Assembly: GCA_040768745.1 (NCBI GenBank)
Contig: JAXGMI010000001.1
Span: 1,536,001-1,600,000 of the forward strand
Length of the DNA stretch: 64,000 bases
Origin: Desulfomicrobium sp.
Lineage (GTDB): Bacteria > Desulfobacterota > Desulfovibrionia > Desulfovibrionales > Desulfomicrobiaceae
Direction: 5' to 3'
The notes beneath the pieces are model-generated. The model searched no databases and was not told the DNA's origin. It saw nothing but the letters and a program-made list of their open reading frames with translations. Made by a program: the position numbers and the translations under genes. Shown one piece after another: positions 32,045 through 42,079 of this stretch. Positions within the stretch are counted from its first letter, which is position 1, and the number at the start of each line of letters is the position of its first letter.

Positions 32045-32813
32045 GACGCCTCCCCAGTCAGACCGGCCAATCCATGACCGGGGTCGGGGTTTTTCATCAA
32101 CGCCGTGCCGACGAGGAGGCCGTCCAGGCCGGCGGATTTGAGTTCCCGGACGTGTGCGGGGGTGGAGATGCCGCTGGCTCCGATCCAGATTTCACCTTCC
32201 TCCTTGCGGCGCACCAGGGTCAGGCAGCGGTTGAGGTCTGTTTGCAGCGTATCCAGGTCGCGGTTGTTGACCTGGATGATGGAGCTCTTGATCTCCTTGG
32301 CCCGGTCCAAATCCCTTTCGTCGAACACTTCCACCACCGGCTCCAGCCCCAGTTCCAGGCACCGGGCGTGCAGTCCGGCCAGTTCATCCTGGGTCCGGAA
32401 CATGCGCACGATGAGCAGGATGGCCGAGGCCGGCGTGGCAGCGGTGGCCTCCACCTGCAGGGGATGGAGGATGAAATCCTTGCGCAACAACGGCAGGCCG
32501 ATATGCCCGGTCTCTGTCAGATGGTCGAGCCTGCCCTTGAAGTAACGGGTTTCGGTCAGGATGGACAAAGCGCAGGCCCCGGCCCTGGCGTAGCCCTCAC
32601 ACGTCTCCCGGGGTGGGGCCCCAAGGTTGATGTCCCCTTTGGACGGGGAGGCCGCTTGTATTCAGCGATGATCCCGCTGGATCCTGACCTGGTCAGGGCC
32701 GAGCCAAAGCCAGGCCTGGCCCCAGCCCATGGCGTGCATACATGCCCTGAGGCCTGCAAGCGCATCAGATCGGCGATCTCTTCAGTCTTGGCTTGGCGGA
32801 ACAGGTCAAGCAT
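32041..32813 (-). CDS. trpC: Indole-3-glycerol phosphate synthase (apparent frameshifts)
   Basis: IIAEYKR in the 5' piece; SILTE, LRKDFI and VNNRDL in the 3' piece. Confidence 0.88.
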
Positions 32814-33807
32814 GGCTCACTCCGCGTGACATCCCCCGGCTCACGTGTGCCCTGGCCTCGTTCATGGCCGCGTGCAGGGAAAGATGGTCTTCCAGCAGGT
32901 GCAGGGCCAATCCCAGGTTCAGGGCGACCATGTCCTTGAGGGGTTGGGATCCACGACCTGAAAGGACTTCCCTTTGGCGTTGGAGGGCCTCGCCCCTGCT
33001 CGGACAACTCAGGTCCTGGGCGGAGCATGCGGCCATGCCGAATTCGTCGGGGTCAAGGTGGGCTTCGCGGACGCTGCCGTGTTCCACGAAGAGGATCCGT
33101 CCGGGTCCGCAAGGGGTCAGTTCGTCGAATCCTCCCGCTCCATGGACAATGGCTGCCCGATCCAAGCCCTGTCGTGTGGCCAGGACCCTGCCCATCATGG
33201 GGGCGAAACGGAAGTCCGGCACGCCCAGAATCTGATGAGTGGGCAAGGCCGGGTTCAGAAGAGGCCCCATGAGGTTGAATATGGTCCGGATGCCGAGCTG
33301 CTGGCGGATGGGCCCGACGTGCCGGAAGGCAGGGTGGAAGTGCGGGGCGAAGAGGAAGACGAAGTTGCGCTTGGCCAGTTCGACTTTGGCCGCTTCGGGG
33401 TCCGAAACCAGGGGATAGCCCAGGTCCTCGACGACATCGGCGCTGCCACATGTGCTCGATACGGCCCGGTTGCCGTGTTTGACCACCTGATATCCCCTGT
33501 CCGCCAGGAAGAAGGAGACGGCCGTGGAGCAGTTGAAGCTGTGCCGACAGTCCCCGCCGGTTCCGCAGGTGTCGATGCGTTTTCCTGAAAGGCCGGTGAT
33601 GAGTCGGGCGTGGCTCAGCGCCGCCTCCACGGCGGCCGAGAGTTCGTCGGCGGTTTCGCCCTTGGCCCGCAAGCCCAGCAGAAACGCACCGGCCTGTACG
33701 GGGGACACTTCCCCAGCCATGAAAAGGTCGAAGACTTCCTTGGCTTGATGGGCGGACAGGTCAGCGCCCGTGGACAGATGCTCGAGGATATGACTGATGG
33801 TGTTCAT
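32806..33807 (-). CDS. trpD: Anthranilate phosphoribosyltransferase
   Basis: DTCGTGGD, KHGNR and RTIFNLMGPL.NP motifs. Confidence 0.95.
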   Translation of the reverse strand: MNTISHILEHLSTGADLSAHQAKEVFDLFMAGEVSPVQAGAFLLGLRAKGETADELSAAVEAALSHARLITGLSGKRIDTCGTGGDCRHSFNCSTAVSFFLADRGYQVVKHGNRAVSSTCGSADVVEDLGYPLVSDPEAAKVELAKRNFVFLFAPHFHPAFRHVGPIRQQLGIRTIFNLMGPLLNPALPTHQILGVPDFRFAPMMGRVLATRQGLDRAAIVHGAGGFDELTPCGPGRILFVEHGSVREAHLDPDEFGMAACSAQDLSCPSRGEALQRQREVLSGRGSQPLKDMVALNLGLALHLLEDHLSLHAAMNEARAHVSRGMSRGVSHA

Positions 33808-33810
33808 GGT

Positions 33811-34398
33811 TCACTCCTGCGCTGTGGCGCACATGTTGATGAAGTTGCGGAGCAGCATGGGGCCTTCTGGTGTCAGGACCGACTCCGGATGAAACTGCAC
33901 CCCCAGCCATGGCCGGTCTTTGAAGGCCAATGCCATGACCTCGCCGCCATCTGCCCGGGCCGTGATGTCGAAAGGCAGATCCGTTCGGCCTTCCTCGTGC
34001 ACGGCCAGGGAATGGTAGCGGCCGACCTGCATGGGGTTGGGCAGACCGGCAAAAAGGCCAGTTCCGCTGTGGTGGATGTCCGATGTTTTGCCGTGCATGA
34101 TTCGCCGGGCCGAGCCCACGGTGACGCCACTGTGGTGCGAGAGGGTCTGGTGTCCCAGGCAGACGCCCAGGACGGGCACGGTGCGCGGCACCAGGTCCAG
34201 AAACCGCAGGCAAAGACCGGTGTTCCGCGGATGGCTCGGGCCGGGTGAGAGGATGACGCCGCGCAAGGCACTGTCTGCAGCCAGATCCAGAATTTCCGGT
34301 TCGTTGTTACGAAGCACGCAGGGATGTGCGCCCAAAGTCTGGAAAACCTGAACCAGGTTGAAAGTAAACGAGTCAAAGTTGTCGATCAGTAAAATCAT
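33811..34398 (-). CDS. trpG: Anthranilate synthase component II
   Basis: IDNFDSFTFN, GVCLGHQ, RYHSL and QFHPES motifs. Confidence 0.95.
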   Translation of the reverse strand: MILLIDNFDSFTFNLVQVFQTLGAHPCVLRNNEPEILDLAADSALRGVILSPGPSHPRNTGLCLRFLDLVPRTVPVLGVCLGHQTLSHHSGVTVGSARRIMHGKTSDIHHSGTGLFAGLPNPMQVGRYHSLAVHEEGRTDLPFDITARADGGEVMALAFKDRPWLGVQFHPESVLTPEGPMLLRNFINMCATAQE

Positions 34399-35784
34399 CG
34401 CCGCCTCCCGTGCTGGTGATGGCCTTCAGATGGCCCGGGCCTTGTTGTGACATTCCTGCCATTCTTTTTCCGGATCTGAATCAAAGACGAGCCCGCGCAC
34501 CTGCCTGCCAATGGATCTGTCCGTCTTCGACCCACAGGGAGCGGATGGTGATGCCTGTGTCCAGATTGACCTGCCCCTGATCCAGTCCGATCCAGCCGAT
34601 GCCCCCGGCATAGGGCCCCCGGTCGAGCTGCTCCTCGTCGGCAATAATCTGCATGGCCCTGATCTTGGGCGCGCCAGAGACGGTCCCCGCCGGGAACCCG
34701 GCCTTCAATACGTCCATGGCGTCCAGGCCGTGGTCCAGTCTGGCCGAGAGATATGAGGTCAGATGCATGACGTGGGAGAAGCGTTCAACCTGCATGTATC
34801 TGTCCACGTGCACGGTGCCGGGAGCGGCGATGCGGCCCAGGTCGTTGCGGCCCAGGTCCACGAGCATGACGTGCTCGGCCCGCTCCTTTTCGTCGGCCTG
34901 CAGATCCTCGGCCAGTACCTGGTCCTCGGCCTCGGTGGCCCCGCGTACACGGGTTCCGGCAATGGGCCGCAATGCAGCAGTCCGTCCTCGCAGCGGATGA
35001 GCAGCTCAGGTGAGGAGCCCATGATCGTCAGGTTCTCGAAGGCCATGAAAAAGGTGTAGGGAGAGGGGTTGATCTGTCGCAGTCGACGGTAGAGTTCGAA
35101 GGGGGAGCCGGAGAACGGAGCGGAAAAACGGGTGGATAAAACAACCTGGATGGCTTCACCCTGGGTGATAAGATCCTTGGCAATGTGAACGCGGCGCAGG
35201 AATTCATCACGGTCCGGGGTACTGGTGATGGCTCCGACCACGGCAGGGGCAAGGGTGCGTGGCCGCTGGCAGCCGTTCAGGTTGGGGGTTGAGTCCAGCG
35301 TCAGGTAGCAGCAACGGTGGTGCAGGTGATCGAAGAGGATGACCTTGCCGGGCAGGACCATGACGGAACGGCCACCTTCAGGTGGGAGTCTGTCGGCCAT
35401 GGCCGGCTCGAAGATTCCGGCCATGTTGTACGCCAAGTACCCGCAAATGCTGCGGGTCATGGCCGGGAGCTTGCCCAGATTCTGAGGCCCGGTGACCGTC
35501 AAGGCCCCCATGCAGGCGCGCAGGCCGGGGATGTAGTCCTGTCCGCTGAATGCCATGAGAGCGTGCAGTCGGGGGTCGTAGCTCTGCACGTCGAGTTTAC
35601 CGCCCCGGCAGGACAGAATCAGTCTGTAATCCCAGCCGATGAGACTATATCGACCCAGACGGCCGTCCACTTCGGTACTTTCGAGCAGAAAGCCCTGCTT
35701 GTCGCGCACGAGGGTCAGGTACAGGGAGATGGGGGTCTGGGTGTCCGCCGGGAGCCAGGTTCCTTGTTGGGGTAAGGTGATCAT
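34373..35784 (-). CDS. trpE: Anthranilate synthase component I (apparent frameshifts near 34975, 34497 and 34428)
   Basis: FLLES...GRYS, QVVLS, NPSPY, SSPE, KERAEH.MLVDLGRND and GTVSGAPK motifs across ORF pieces. Confidence 0.9.
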
Positions 35785-35817
35785 GGTGTCTCCATCATCG
35801 TCGTCGCATTATGGAAT

Positions 35818-35853
35818 AAAAAAGGCCGGATCCTGCAGGAGGATCCGGCCTTT
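35818..35853 (-). terminator. Intrinsic terminator between tyrA and trpE (attenuator)
   Basis: Minus strand AAAGGCCGGATCCT-CCTGC-AGGATCCGGCCTTTTTT. Confidence 0.85.
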
Positions 35854-35893
35854 CTCGCCTTTTTTTACCGTACCGAGACGGCAGCGCATGCCG

Positions 35894-36672
35894 TCAGGAA
35901 GCGGGTCCCCCTGCGTCATGCTTCGTGCGCCACCACCACAGAGCCTTCTGGCTCAGCAGTTCCAGATCGCCGCCCGCGGCAACGTTCAAATACGACCGGA
36001 ACATGCGCACCGCCTCAAGGCTGTGGGGGTTGGCCTCGAACATGGTGGTGAAGAGTGACGCATCCTCGGTGATCATCTTCGTGGCCGCCTCCACGCGCCG
36101 ACCGAACGAGGGCGTGAAGAACCGCTCGATTCCGGTTTCCAGGGGGAAGCGCAAAGGTAGGCGACGGTGGTCACGAAGTTGAGTCCTTGAATATAGGCCA
36201 TGGCACGGTCATGCTCATCGGCCGTTGTGGTGAAGGGTGCAAAGCCCAGGTTGCGGAAGCAGTCCGATATATTATCGGTCGCTTCATGTCCACGCCCTTG
36301 AGTTACGGCAATTCGCAGCTCCGCGTCAAGGGTGGAGGGGCCAAAAAGCGGGTGGGTGCCGACCACGGGCGTGGTGGTGGCGGCGAGCATCTCATGCAGA
36401 GGCTGGACCTTGACCGAGCAGATGTCGGCCAGGATCGTTGTTGCAGAGAGGAACGGGGCGACGGCCCCGACCACCTCGCGCATGGCTTTGATGGGCACGC
36501 AAAGCAGGACCAGAGAAGCGCCGTGAACTGCTTGCGACAAGGATTCCGGGTCGAGGGGCTGGTTGACTTCGGAGACGGGGTATCCTGCGTTCTGGAAGGC
36601 GCGTACGAACCGGGCCCCCATCTGGCCCCTGGCCCCGATGACCACGACGGGCGACGCCGGACTAAGTTTCAT
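35894..36672 (-). CDS. tyrA: Prephenate/arogenate dehydrogenase with WWW C-terminal tail (apparent frameshift in C-run near 36145)
   Basis: IGARGQMG, DICSVK, GTHPLFGP and EHDRAMAYIQGL motifs; ends ...LWWWRTKHDAGGPAS*. Confidence 0.9.
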
Positions 36673-38004
36673 GCGAGTCCTCCAATCCGTTGCCGAGGCG
36701 CACGAGGGACCAGGCGTCCCAGAATCCGGGGAAGGATTTGCTCACACAGTCCGGGTTGTCCAGATGCACACCGATTCCCTTCAGTTCCAGGAGGGAAAGG
36801 CTCATGGCCATGCGGTGGTCGCCATAGGTGCAAAGATTGACGCTGCAAGGTTGAAGGTTGCCGTCTCCACGAATGAGCATACCATCGGGGCGGGCCTCAA
36901 TATACACTCCGGCTTTGGACAGTTCCGTGACCGGCCCCTGAATCCGGTCGCATTCCTTCAAGGTCAGATGCGCGGCCCCGGAAATGACGGTTTCGCCATG
37001 GGCAAAAGCGGCCACGACGGCCACGGTGGGTACGATATCGGGGCAGGAACTCATGTCGATGTCCGCGCCCTGGAGGTTGGAGGGAAAAACTGTGACCGCT
37101 TCGTCCTGCCATTCGATCCGGGCCCCCATGCGGGAGAGGATATCCAGCATGACGCGGTCGCCCTGGGCCGAATCACGGTGCAGACCGGTGATCTGGACCG
37201 GAGTTGAGCCCAGTGCCCCGGCGGCCAGGAAATAGGATGCGTTGGACCAATCCCCTTCCACGCGCATGTTTCGGGCCCGGTAGGGAGCCGGGTCCACGAC
37301 AAGGCGAAGGTTTTCCGGGGCGAGGCCTGCGGCATCGGCGTGACTGCAGGAATGCCATGCATGACCTGTGCGGCGTTCCACAGCCGCAGGCACCCCAAAG
37401 CGGGCCATGGAATCCAGTGTCAGGGCCACATAGGGCCAGGAGGCCGCGTCTTTTCCCCGAGGCCGAATGAGCGTCCTGGTCTTGGCCAAGGGGGCCGCCA
37501 AAAGCAGGCCCGAAAGATACTGGCTGCTCTGCTCCAGATTGATGCTCACTTCGCCGCCATGGAGGCCTGGGCTGTCCAGGACCAGGGGCGGGTATCCCTT
37601 TTTTCTTCAAATACGATGTCGACGCCCTGCAGGGTGAGGGCGTCGGTCAGGTGGGCCATGGGACGATCATGCATGCGTCCCTCCCCGTGGATGCGATAGC
37701 GGCCGGGGATGGCCGCAGCCACGGCGGCCATGAGTCTGCACGTGGTGCCCGACTCCCCGACGTTCATGGAGATGAGTTCCGGGGTGGACGGGCGAGGCAG
37801 GTCGATGCCGCGGACAAAGAGCTTGCCGTCCACAGGCTCGATGGTTGCTCCCAGAAGACGCAGACAGTCCGTGGTTCGTGCCAGGTCCTGGCTGTTCAGC
37901 ACGTTTTCCAGCAGGGACACGCCGTTGGACAGAGCCGCACAGATCAGGGCCCGGTGGGAGAGGGATTTGGAGGAAGGGGCAGGAACGCGGACGGCTGTTT
38001 TCAT
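36662..38004 (-). CDS. aroA: EPSP synthase (apparent frameshift near 37550-37600)
   Basis: PSSKSLSHR, GESGTT, SSQYLSG, KECDR, DHRMAM and KSFPGF motifs. Confidence 0.9.
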
Positions 38005-39113
38005 GTTTGTTCCTGCGGCACGCCGTTCCCGTAAAGCTGCGGCCCGGAGGGATAGCTGCCCAGAACGCGCATGGTATGGCAGAGTTTGGTCAGGTTGTGC
38101 ATGGTGCTTTCATACTGTTCCTGGGACAGGTCGCTTTCCACGTCCATGAAGAAGACGTATTTCCATTTTTCCCCCTTGAGTGGGCGGGACTCCAGCTTGG
38201 TCAAATTGAGCCCTTGGGCGGCCAGCAGGTTGAGGATCGCGGCCAGGGCCCCAGGGCGGTCCGCAGTGGTGAAGAGCAGCGAGGTCTTGTCCCTGCTGCT
38301 GCCGACTGTCGGAGTGGGACCGATGACCAGGAATCTGGTCCAGTTGTCCGGCAGATCCTGGATGTCCAGGGCCACGGCCTTCAGCGCGTAGCGTTCCACC
38401 AGACGCGGGTGCCCGATGGCGGCAGCGCCTTGGCCCTCTCGCTCGGCCTGCATTGCGGCGGCAGCCGTGCTGTCCGCTGGGATGACAGCGGCCTGCGGAA
38501 CGTTGTTCCGCAGCCACCCCGAGCACTGGGCCAGGGCCTGGGGATGGGAATACACCCTGCGCACCGTGGACAGATCGCTGTTTCTGGACAGGAGCGCATG
38601 GCTGATGCGGCTGAAGAGTTCGGCATGGATGTAGACGTTGTACTGCAGAAAAAGGTCCAGGCTCTGGCCGACGCTGCCTTGCAGGGAGTTTTCCAGGGGG
38701 ATGACCCCCAGATCGGCTTTGCGCGATGCCACGTTCAAAAAGACGTCGTGCAAGGTCTGGCAGGGCGCAAAGTCCATGGACTGGCCCAGGTATTCCAGGG
38801 CCGCCTGGTGGGTGAAGGTCCCCTCGGGCCCGAGGTAAGCCACGATCTGGGGCTGCTGCAGGCGCCGGGAGGAAGAGAGGATTTCGCGGTAAATGGCCCG
38901 CAGGTGGTCCTCCGGCAGGATTCCAGGGCTGATGGAGGCCAGGCGGTTCAATACCTCTTTTTCCCGGAAGGGTTTGAAGACCACATCCAGTGATTCGGAT
39001 TTGATCTGACCGACCTCGCGACTCAGGCCCGCCCTCTTGTTCAGAATCTCGACGATGCGGTCGTCCAGTTCGTCGATCTGTTCCCGGATCTCTGTCAGGC
39101 GTGCGCTGTTCAT
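38001..39113 (-). CDS. pheA: Chorismate mutase/prephenate dehydratase
   Basis: REQIDELD..., YLGPEGT, PLENSLQG, SHPQALAQC, TRF and ESRP motifs. Confidence 0.95.
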   Translation of the reverse strand: MNSARLTEIREQIDELDDRIVEILNKRAGLSREVGQIKSESLDVVFKPFREKEVLNRLASISPGILPEDHLRAIYREILSSSRRLQQPQIVAYLGPEGTFTHQAALEYLGQSMDFAPCQTLHDVFLNVASRKADLGVIPLENSLQGSVGQSLDLFLQYNVYIHAELFSRISHALLSRNSDLSTVRRVYSHPQALAQCSGWLRNNVPQAAVIPADSTAAAAMQAEREGQGAAAIGHPRLVERYALKAVALDIQDLPDNWTRFLVIGPTPTVGSSRDKTSLLFTTADRPGALAAILNLLAAQGLNLTKLESRPLKGEKWKYVFFMDVESDLSQEQYESTMHNLTKLCHTMRVLGSYPSGPQLYGNGVPQEQT

Positions 39114-39115
39114 GA

Positions 39116-40084
39116 CTATTCCTTGATGTCCTCGGTGATGCGCATGCCGAAGTGGCGGCCGGCCTGATCCATGCGGCAGAGGACAGCGTCTCCGGGGTGC
39201 AGATCGACCACGCTGACAGGACAGCCATCGGGCCGGACCAGACGGATGGTCTCGGCGTTCTGCAGGAAGATGGAGCCCCTCCTGCCACCACACTCAGCCT
39301 CGATGAGCAGCATGGGCCGAACTTCCACTTTGCAGCGGCCGACTGTGGCCAGGGTGGTGGATCCGTCCGCGGCCACAATGAGCACTTCCGAGCCGGTGTC
39401 CAACTCGTCGAGATAGGAGGTTTTGTCCCCCGGCATGGCCGTGTAGGCGTGCACTGCGCCAGCATTGATGCGGAAGGGGCGCGGAGCGACGTAGGGGTTG
39501 GATTCTGTTTCAGCGTTGATGAGAAAAGTGAATGCGCTGGAGTTGCCGACCAGCATTCCTTGCCCGGACTGCAGACGGCTCATGGTGTCCACACAGACCC
39601 GGTGCCCCAGTCCTGCCGGTCTGACGGTGGTGATGTTTGCAGTGCCCAGGTCAAGAACTCCCTGGCTGAGCTTGAGTTCGCGGACGATGGATTTCAGATC
39701 GCCCACGGCCTGGGGCAGGACGACAAGGGTTTTGACCCCGCGCTCGAGGATGCCGGCGGCAAGTCTGGCCCGGTCAAGGCTGTCCACTTCCACAGCCAGG
39801 TTGTCGGACTGGGCCAGGATGTTCTCCACCGGAATGATTTCCCAGCCTTCCTTCAGAATAACGCGCTTGCCCTGGGACAGGAGATGTACGGCCACCTCCT
39901 CGTCGGGTTTGCCGGCCAGATGGACAAAGCACTGATCCTCTGCGGAAAGGACAGGAATTTTGCTCAAGGCCCGCACCGATTCCTCCCGCCCGAGTTCCAC
40001 GATGATCCCGTCCACCCCGGATTCCAGGGCCAGGGTGACGTGACCCTTGTCATAGGGGACAGCGTAAAAGAATACGTTCGTCAT
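39116..40084 (-). CDS. 3-dehydroquinate synthase II (archaeal type, AroB')
   Basis: GHRVCVDT, PRPFRINAGAVHAY, LQNAETIRL and GRHFG motifs. Confidence 0.92.
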   Translation of the reverse strand: MTNVFFYAVPYDKGHVTLALESGVDGIIVELGREESVRALSKIPVLSAEDQCFVHLAGKPDEEVAVHLLSQGKRVILKEGWEIIPVENILAQSDNLAVEVDSLDRARLAAGILERGVKTLVVLPQAVGDLKSIVRELKLSQGVLDLGTANITTVRPAGLGHRVCVDTMSRLQSGQGMLVGNSSAFTFLINAETESNPYVAPRPFRINAGAVHAYTAMPGDKTSYLDELDTGSEVLIVAADGSTTLATVGRCKVEVRPMLLIEAECGGRRGSIFLQNAETIRLVRPDGCPVSVVDLHPGDAVLCRMDQAGRHFGMRITEDIKE

Positions 40085-40097
40085 GATCGATCCGGCC

Positions 40098-40904
40098 TCA
40101 GAGTTTGGGTTCTTCGAGCAGGGCCAGGGCTTGGTCCACGGTGTAGTCCATGTGTACGACGGCATGCAGGGCCTGCACCAGGCGCGTGGGGTCCTTTGCC
40201 TGAAAGATGTTGCGGCCCATGGACAGCCCAGCACCACCCGAGGATATGGAATCGTGCGCCATCTGCAGGATATCGCGGGGCGAATCCATGCGGGGGCCGC
40301 CAGCGATGACAACGGGCACACAACACCCTTCGGTGACCGTGGCAAAGGACTCCGGGTCTCCGGTGTAGACGACCTTGATCACGTCCGCTCCCAGCTCTTC
40401 AGCGAGGCGTGCGCAGTGGGCCACAGTGGCGGGATCCCATTCTGATTTGACCTTGGGCCCACGGGCGTAGACCATGGCGAGGAGCGGCATGCCCCATTCG
40501 TCGCATTTGGAAACCACCTTCCCCATGTCCCGCAGCATGTCCCTTTCGGATTCGTCGCCAAGATTGAGATGGATTGACACAGCATCAGCACCGAGCTTGA
40601 TCCCGTCCTCAACGCTGCCGACCAGGATCTTGGCGTTGGGAAAGGGGGACAGTGTGGTGCTGGCCGAAAGATGGATGATCAGACCCACATCACGGCCGTG
40701 CCCGCGGTGTGCACATCGGGGCAAGCCCTTGTGCATCAGGACGGCATTGGCCCCGCCCTCGGCCACCTTGTTCACAGTGTCGCGCATGTCCACCAGGCCG
40801 GCAATGGGGCCGACCGTGGTGCCGTGATCAAGAGGGACGATGATGCTTCTGCCCGTGTTGCGGTTGAAAATCCTTTCCAGTCGAACGCTTTTTCCCATGT
40901 TCAT
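40098..40904 (-). CDS. 2-amino-3,7-dideoxy-D-threo-hept-6-ulosonate synthase (DhnA-type aldolase, AroA')
   Basis: IVPLDHG, MVYARG, ELGADVIK, AGGP and GRNIFQ motifs; adjacent to DHQ synthase II. Confidence 0.9.
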   Translation of the reverse strand: MNMGKSVRLERIFNRNTGRSIIVPLDHGTTVGPIAGLVDMRDTVNKVAEGGANAVLMHKGLPRCAHRGHGRDVGLIIHLSASTTLSPFPNAKILVGSVEDGIKLGADAVSIHLNLGDESERDMLRDMGKVVSKCDEWGMPLLAMVYARGPKVKSEWDPATVAHCARLAEELGADVIKVVYTGDPESFATVTEGCCVPVVIAGGPRMDSPRDILQMAHDSISSGGAGLSMGRNIFQAKDPTRLVQALHAVVHMDYTVDQALALLEEPKL

Positions 40905-40944
40905 GGTGTCCTCCGGTTGTGGCCGGGGCTCCGGCGGCGCGTAT

Positions 40945-40980
40945 AAAAAAGGGCCGCCGGCGTGTCGCCTGCGGCCCTTT
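40945..40980 (-). terminator. Attenuator terminator of the aromatic super-operon
   Basis: Minus strand AAAGGGCCGCAGGCG-ACA-CGCCGGCGGCCCTTTTTT. Confidence 0.85.
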
Positions 40981-41007
40981 GGTTGGTTTGCTCTGCGTGA
41001 AAATCGG

Positions 41008-41094
41008 CTAAAGCTGTACCTCCAGACCACAGGCTCTGTTAAAATAGAAGTACCAAAAAAAGTAGAGGCTGTGGGTGGAGGTGACGTTCGCCAT
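41008..41094 (-). CDS. Aromatic amino acid attenuation leader peptide (28 aa)
   Basis: Manual translation: MANVTSTHSLYFFWYFYFNRACGLEVQL*. Confidence 0.88.
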   Translation of the reverse strand: MANVTSTHSLYFFWYFYFNRACGLEVQL

Positions 41095-41104
41095 AGTGAT
41101 TGAG

Positions 41105-41134
41105 GCATTACTCAGTTTGGGAAGTAGGTGTCAA
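41105..41134 (-). promoter_or_regulatory. Putative sigma70 promoter of the leader and super-operon
   Basis: TTGACA at 41134-41129, then AGTAAT after a 16-nt spacer. Confidence 0.55.
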
Positions 41135-41281
41135 GGGTTTTTTGTGACCCCTGGTCATTTTTTCGACCGCCAGGTTCGGGTGTGGTTCAGCTCTTCGAGA
41201 AGGCATTTTCACATTGATGCACCGCCCAATCAAGGATAAGAAAAAGGCCATCTATTTGCAAAGGACCGAGGAGAAGGTTGC

Positions 41282-41785
41282 ATGGCCGTCACGAAGGGAT
41301 TGCCGCGCGTCGTCCGTAAGCTTTGTCTGTGGTGCCAGGGACAGAGTTGGAGATTGGTCAAGGAATGCCCTCAATCGGGTTGTCCTCTGCATACCTGTCG
41401 GTTGGGAGGGGATGGCGACGGGCAGTTGCTGGGTTGTTTGCAGGCCTTTTGTCTGGACTGCGCCGGAAGCCAGGAGGCGGTGGAGGCCTGTACGGCCGAT
41501 CTGCCTATGGGAGGCCAATGTCCCTGTCCTGCACACCCTTTCAGGAGCCTTTTTTTTCAGACCGCAGAAGCCCAGGCGGTCATCCAGCAGGTCAGAAAGC
41601 TGCCTGGTCTCGGAATTCCAGCAGAATCCAAAGAGACCGAGGCCGGTGGTGTGTGTCAGAGGGAAGGCCGAGAAGGAGCATCCGGGCCGGGGCTTCCAGA
41701 GGTCTCGCTGCACTCGGAAGGGGTCTGCCTGCGCGTGGGTTCAACCGTCAATGCGTGCCGGGCACCCGAAGCCCTTGATATCTGA
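41282..41785 (+). CDS. Hypothetical Cys-rich protein with a duplicated CxxC..C..CPxH module
   Basis: CLWCQG...ECP..CPLH and CLDCAG...AC...CP.H; RBS GAGGAG. Confidence 0.6.
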   Translation: MAVTKGLPRVVRKLCLWCQGQSWRLVKECPQSGCPLHTCRLGGDGDGQLLGCLQAFCLDCAGSQEAVEACTADLPMGGQCPCPAHPFRSLFFQTAEAQAVIQQVRKLPGLGIPAESKETEAGGVCQREGREGASGPGLPEVSLHSEGVCLRVGSTVNACRAPEALDI

Positions 41786-41859
41786 GTTGAAAAAGATAGA
41801 TTCGACCTGCTCCGGCTGACTTCCCGAGCAGGAGAGAGCTGCGAGACCGGGTTGAACAA

Positions 41860-42050
41860 TTACAAAGCGCGGAGCAACTCTGCGCCTTTCAGGACCAGGG
41901 AATGAACAGTTTGGACCATGGCGAGAATGATGTCCCAGTAATGGTTGGCCAGGAAGAGCAGGGAAAGAACGGTGAGAAAAAAAGGACGGACCAGACCCAG
42001 TGAATGATGGTTTCGAGAATGCGCAACAGCAGTCGTGGCTTGGGAGTCAT
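41860..42050 (-). CDS. Small membrane protein (apparent frameshift in T-run near 41977-41983)
   Basis: RBS GAGGA; MTPKPRLLLRILETIIHWVWSVLFF continuing LTVLSLLFLANHYWDIILAMV... if one T is added. Confidence 0.45.
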
Positions 42051-42079
42051 GGATGTCCTCGTTGTGGTTGGATGCAGCG

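Noticed and set aside
29351..38004. Pseudogenisation of the trp/aro operon (auxotrophy)
   Set aside because: The breaks are isolated indels, often in homopolymers. Catalytic motifs and regulatory elements are intact, and the same pattern occurs across the window, so sequencing error is more likely.
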